NCBI GenBank assembly: GCA_017470245.1
Contig: JAFUEV010000044.1
Coordinates: 51,904-115,903, forward strand
Length of the DNA: 64,000 nt
Direction: 5' to 3'
Source of the DNA: a bacterium
Lineage (GTDB): Bacteria > Cyanobacteriota > Vampirovibrionia > Gastranaerophilales > Gastranaerophilaceae
Below are positions 62,294 through 64,000 of the stretch, piece by piece. Below the pieces are notes generated by a model. That model had not been told where the DNA came from, ran no database searches, and was given only the letters and a program-made list of their open reading frames with translations. The translations under genes and the position numbers were made by a program. Numbering within the stretch: the first letter of the stretch is position 1; each line of letters begins with the position of its first letter.

Positions 62294-64000
62294 ATGGATG
62301 AAGCATATAAAAAACTTGTTGATATTGCATATAATTTGCATGTTTCAGGAAAATTGGAAGAAGCAAAATTTACTTATGAAAAATTGCTAACGACAAATCC
62401 TGATGACATTGAAGTTAAAAATCTTTATGCACAGTTAAATGTTGCTTTAAAAGATTATGACTTGGCTTTAAATTTGTTCAATGAAATATATGAGTTAACA
62501 AAATTACCTGATATTCTTCTTAATATTGCAAAAGTTTTGTTTATGAAACAAGATTATACAGGTGTAATTAAACTTTATAATACCAATAGCAGTTTGGAAA
62601 CACCTCTTTTAAGAATAGTTGCTTTAGCTTATACAAAACTTTTAAAATATGATGAAGCCATAAATGTTTATCAAAAGATTATATTGAACAATGATGCTAA
62701 TGCAGGAGATTATTATAATATTTCTATTTCTTATTCTAAAGTACAAAATGAAGAAAATGCTTTACTATATGCCCTAAAATCCTATGAATTGAATGATAAA
62801 GACTTAAACATTAATCTTCATCTAACTTCTATATATGAAAATAAGAATGATTATGAAAATGCGTTAAAATATCTTCTTAATGCAGGTAAAATTGCTCCAT
62901 GTGTTGATATATTTTATAGAATCGGTGTTGTATACAAAAAGTTAAATGATGATGAAAATGCTCTTGCATACTTTAATGCAATACTTCAAAAAGAGCCTGA
63001 TAACAAAAATGCATTACTTAATATTGCATTTATTTTCAATAATCATGATAAAAATGTCTCTGTTGAAATTTATCATAAATTGCTTGAAAAATATCCTGAT
63101 GATTATGACTTATTGATGCAATTATGCTTAATTTATACAAAAATGAATTATCACGAAGATGTTATAAATGTATGTGATAAAATCATAAAATTACGTCCCG
63201 ATGAATATATGGCATATATGTTTAAGGCTGATTCTTTATTCGCTCTATATAAGTATAATGAGGCTTTAGATTATTATTTAATTACCCAAAAATTGGGCAG
63301 AGATGATACTTACATTAAACTTCAAATTGCATATATCTACTCTAATACTGATAGGGTTGAAAAAGCAAAAGAAATACTTTTGAATAATTTAGACAGTAGA
63401 AATGCTCGTACCGATTACGCTTTTGTATGCTGCAGAGAGAAAAATATAGAACCAGTAAGAGCATATTTGCATGAGCATTTGAATTTGGAAAAGAAAGAAG
63501 AAGATGTTAAAGAAAAAATAAATTCAGCAATATACAGACTAAAGCTTGATAAAAAATACGGTTTAACTGAAGATATGGTTGAATCGTTCAGGAAACCCGA
63601 TAATATTTTATATCCAAGATTAAAAAAATATCAAAGTCGAGATATGTTGGGAAAAGATATTAATGGTAAAAAGGTTCTTTTGTATTCAGGTGATGGTGTT
63701 GGTGATCTTTTCATGTTCTCTCGCTATATTGAAGAAGTTATTAATAGTGCGTCTAAAGTATATATTCAAGTTCCTAAAAAATGTTTTTCATTAATTAAGT
63801 ATAACTTCCCTAATGCAACAGTTATTACCGATAATGATAACCTTGATGATAATGATTATGATTTTACTTCAAGTATTTTTTCTTTAATTTGTTCTTTAGA
63901 TGTAAGTTTTAAAAATATTATTAAATCTAACGGATATTTAAACGTTAGTCCTGAAAAAGTTAGTGAAAAATCAAACATAGATGTATTAGACAATAAAAAG
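62294..64000 (+). CDS. TPR repeat protein with the start of a C-terminal GT9-like (heptosyltransferase-fold) domain, truncated by the window end
   Basis: Absent from the ORF track because there is no stop inside the window. I translated 569 codons from the ATG at 62294 (MDEAYKKLVDIAYNLHVSGKLEEAKFTYEKLL...) to 64000 without a stop. It has multiple TPR units, followed by GKKVLLYSGDGVGDLFMFSRYIEEV. Confidence 0.8.
   Translation, partial: MDEAYKKLVDIAYNLHVSGKLEEAKFTYEKLLTTNPDDIEVKNLYAQLNVALKDYDLALNLFNEIYELTKLPDILLNIAKVLFMKQDYTGVIKLYNTNSSLETPLLRIVALAYTKLLKYDEAINVYQKIILNNDANAGDYYNISISYSKVQNEENALLYALKSYELNDKDLNINLHLTSIYENKNDYENALKYLLNAGKIAPCVDIFYRIGVVYKKLNDDENALAYFNAILQKEPDNKNALLNIAFIFNNHDKNVSVEIYHKLLEKYPDDYDLLMQLCLIYTKMNYHEDVINVCDKIIKLRPDEYMAYMFKADSLFALYKYNEALDYYLITQKLGRDDTYIKLQIAYIYSNTDRVEKAKEILLNNLDSRNARTDYAFVCCREKNIEPVRAYLHEHLNLEKKEEDVKEKINSAIYRLKLDKKYGLTEDMVESFRKPDNILYPRLKKYQSRDMLGKDINGKKVLLYSGDGVGDLFMFSRYIEEVINSASKVYIQVPKKCFSLIKYNFPNATVITDNDNLDDNDYDFTSSIFSLICSLDVSFKNIIKSNGYLNVSPEKVSEKSNIDVLDNKK

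Noticed and set aside
62157-62366. 69-aa minus-strand ORF spanning the glgA-like/TPR intergenic region
   Set aside because: It overlaps the ends of two well-supported plus-strand genes and has no RBS or motifs.
1-64000. Prophage, transposon, integron or genomic-island boundaries, and tRNA/rRNA genes
   Set aside because: I saw no integrase, transposase or phage structural genes, and no long direct or inverted terminal repeats. No cloverleaf-like GC-rich segments stood out in the intergenic regions. The effector-like genes are interspersed with core genes rather than forming a bounded island.

Overview
This is a visibly AT-rich chromosomal segment (roughly 30% G+C by eye, not computed). It is densely coding and reads cleanly in the standard bacterial code. 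I found no rRNA, tRNA, CRISPR array, transposase or integrase. Gene content (LptB plus an LptF/G permease, three TolC-family genes, an MsbA-like exporter) indicates a diderm bacterium. A host-associated uncultured lineage such as Melainabacteria is plausible, but that cannot be established without a database search.

Housekeeping blocks:
- the lptB-lptF/G operon
- cstA
- rtcB
- pckA
- a truncated ribosomal cluster, rpsE-rpmD-rplO-secY-adk-map, directly abutting a dcw fragment, murC-murB-ddl-ftsQ
- pheT
- recG, overlapping a CHASE2 adenylate cyclase gene
- an envelope-glycan region (48-64 kb) with GT-C, GT2, TolC, a SIS protein, UDP-glucuronate decarboxylase, an MsbA-like exporter, a GlgA-like GT5 enzyme and TPR proteins

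Two long ORFs run off the window edges and are missing from the supplied track. I confirmed both by manual translation: 1..2113 (-) and 62294..64000 (+).

The most interesting content is a set of large, signal-peptide-less, effector-like modular proteins:
- Two paralogs (7710..10532 and 14249..16168) share an unrecognised N-terminal helical module followed by a Gly/Ala-rich hydrophobic region, but carry different C-terminal domains. One has a calpain-like Cys protease plus a possible DUF4258-like RNase tail. The other has a protein-kinase-like domain.
- A coiled-coil, EF-hand, alpha/beta-hydrolase protein lies at 1..2113.
- A divergent RelA/SpoT-fold protein lies at 53555..55042.

Several of these, plus RtcB and its downstream partner ORF, begin with a similar N-terminal peptide. 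A HlyB/HlyD/TolC type I secretion operon with a catalytically dead C39-like domain lies nearby, with no obvious RTX substrate.

Other oddities:
- a TolC with a His-rich tail coupled to a 10-TM metal-exporter-like gene
- an acidic four-repeat protein downstream of a two-component system, separated from it by a 530-bp spacer that holds a thrice-repeated palindromic motif
- a GT-C gene split by one in-frame TAA
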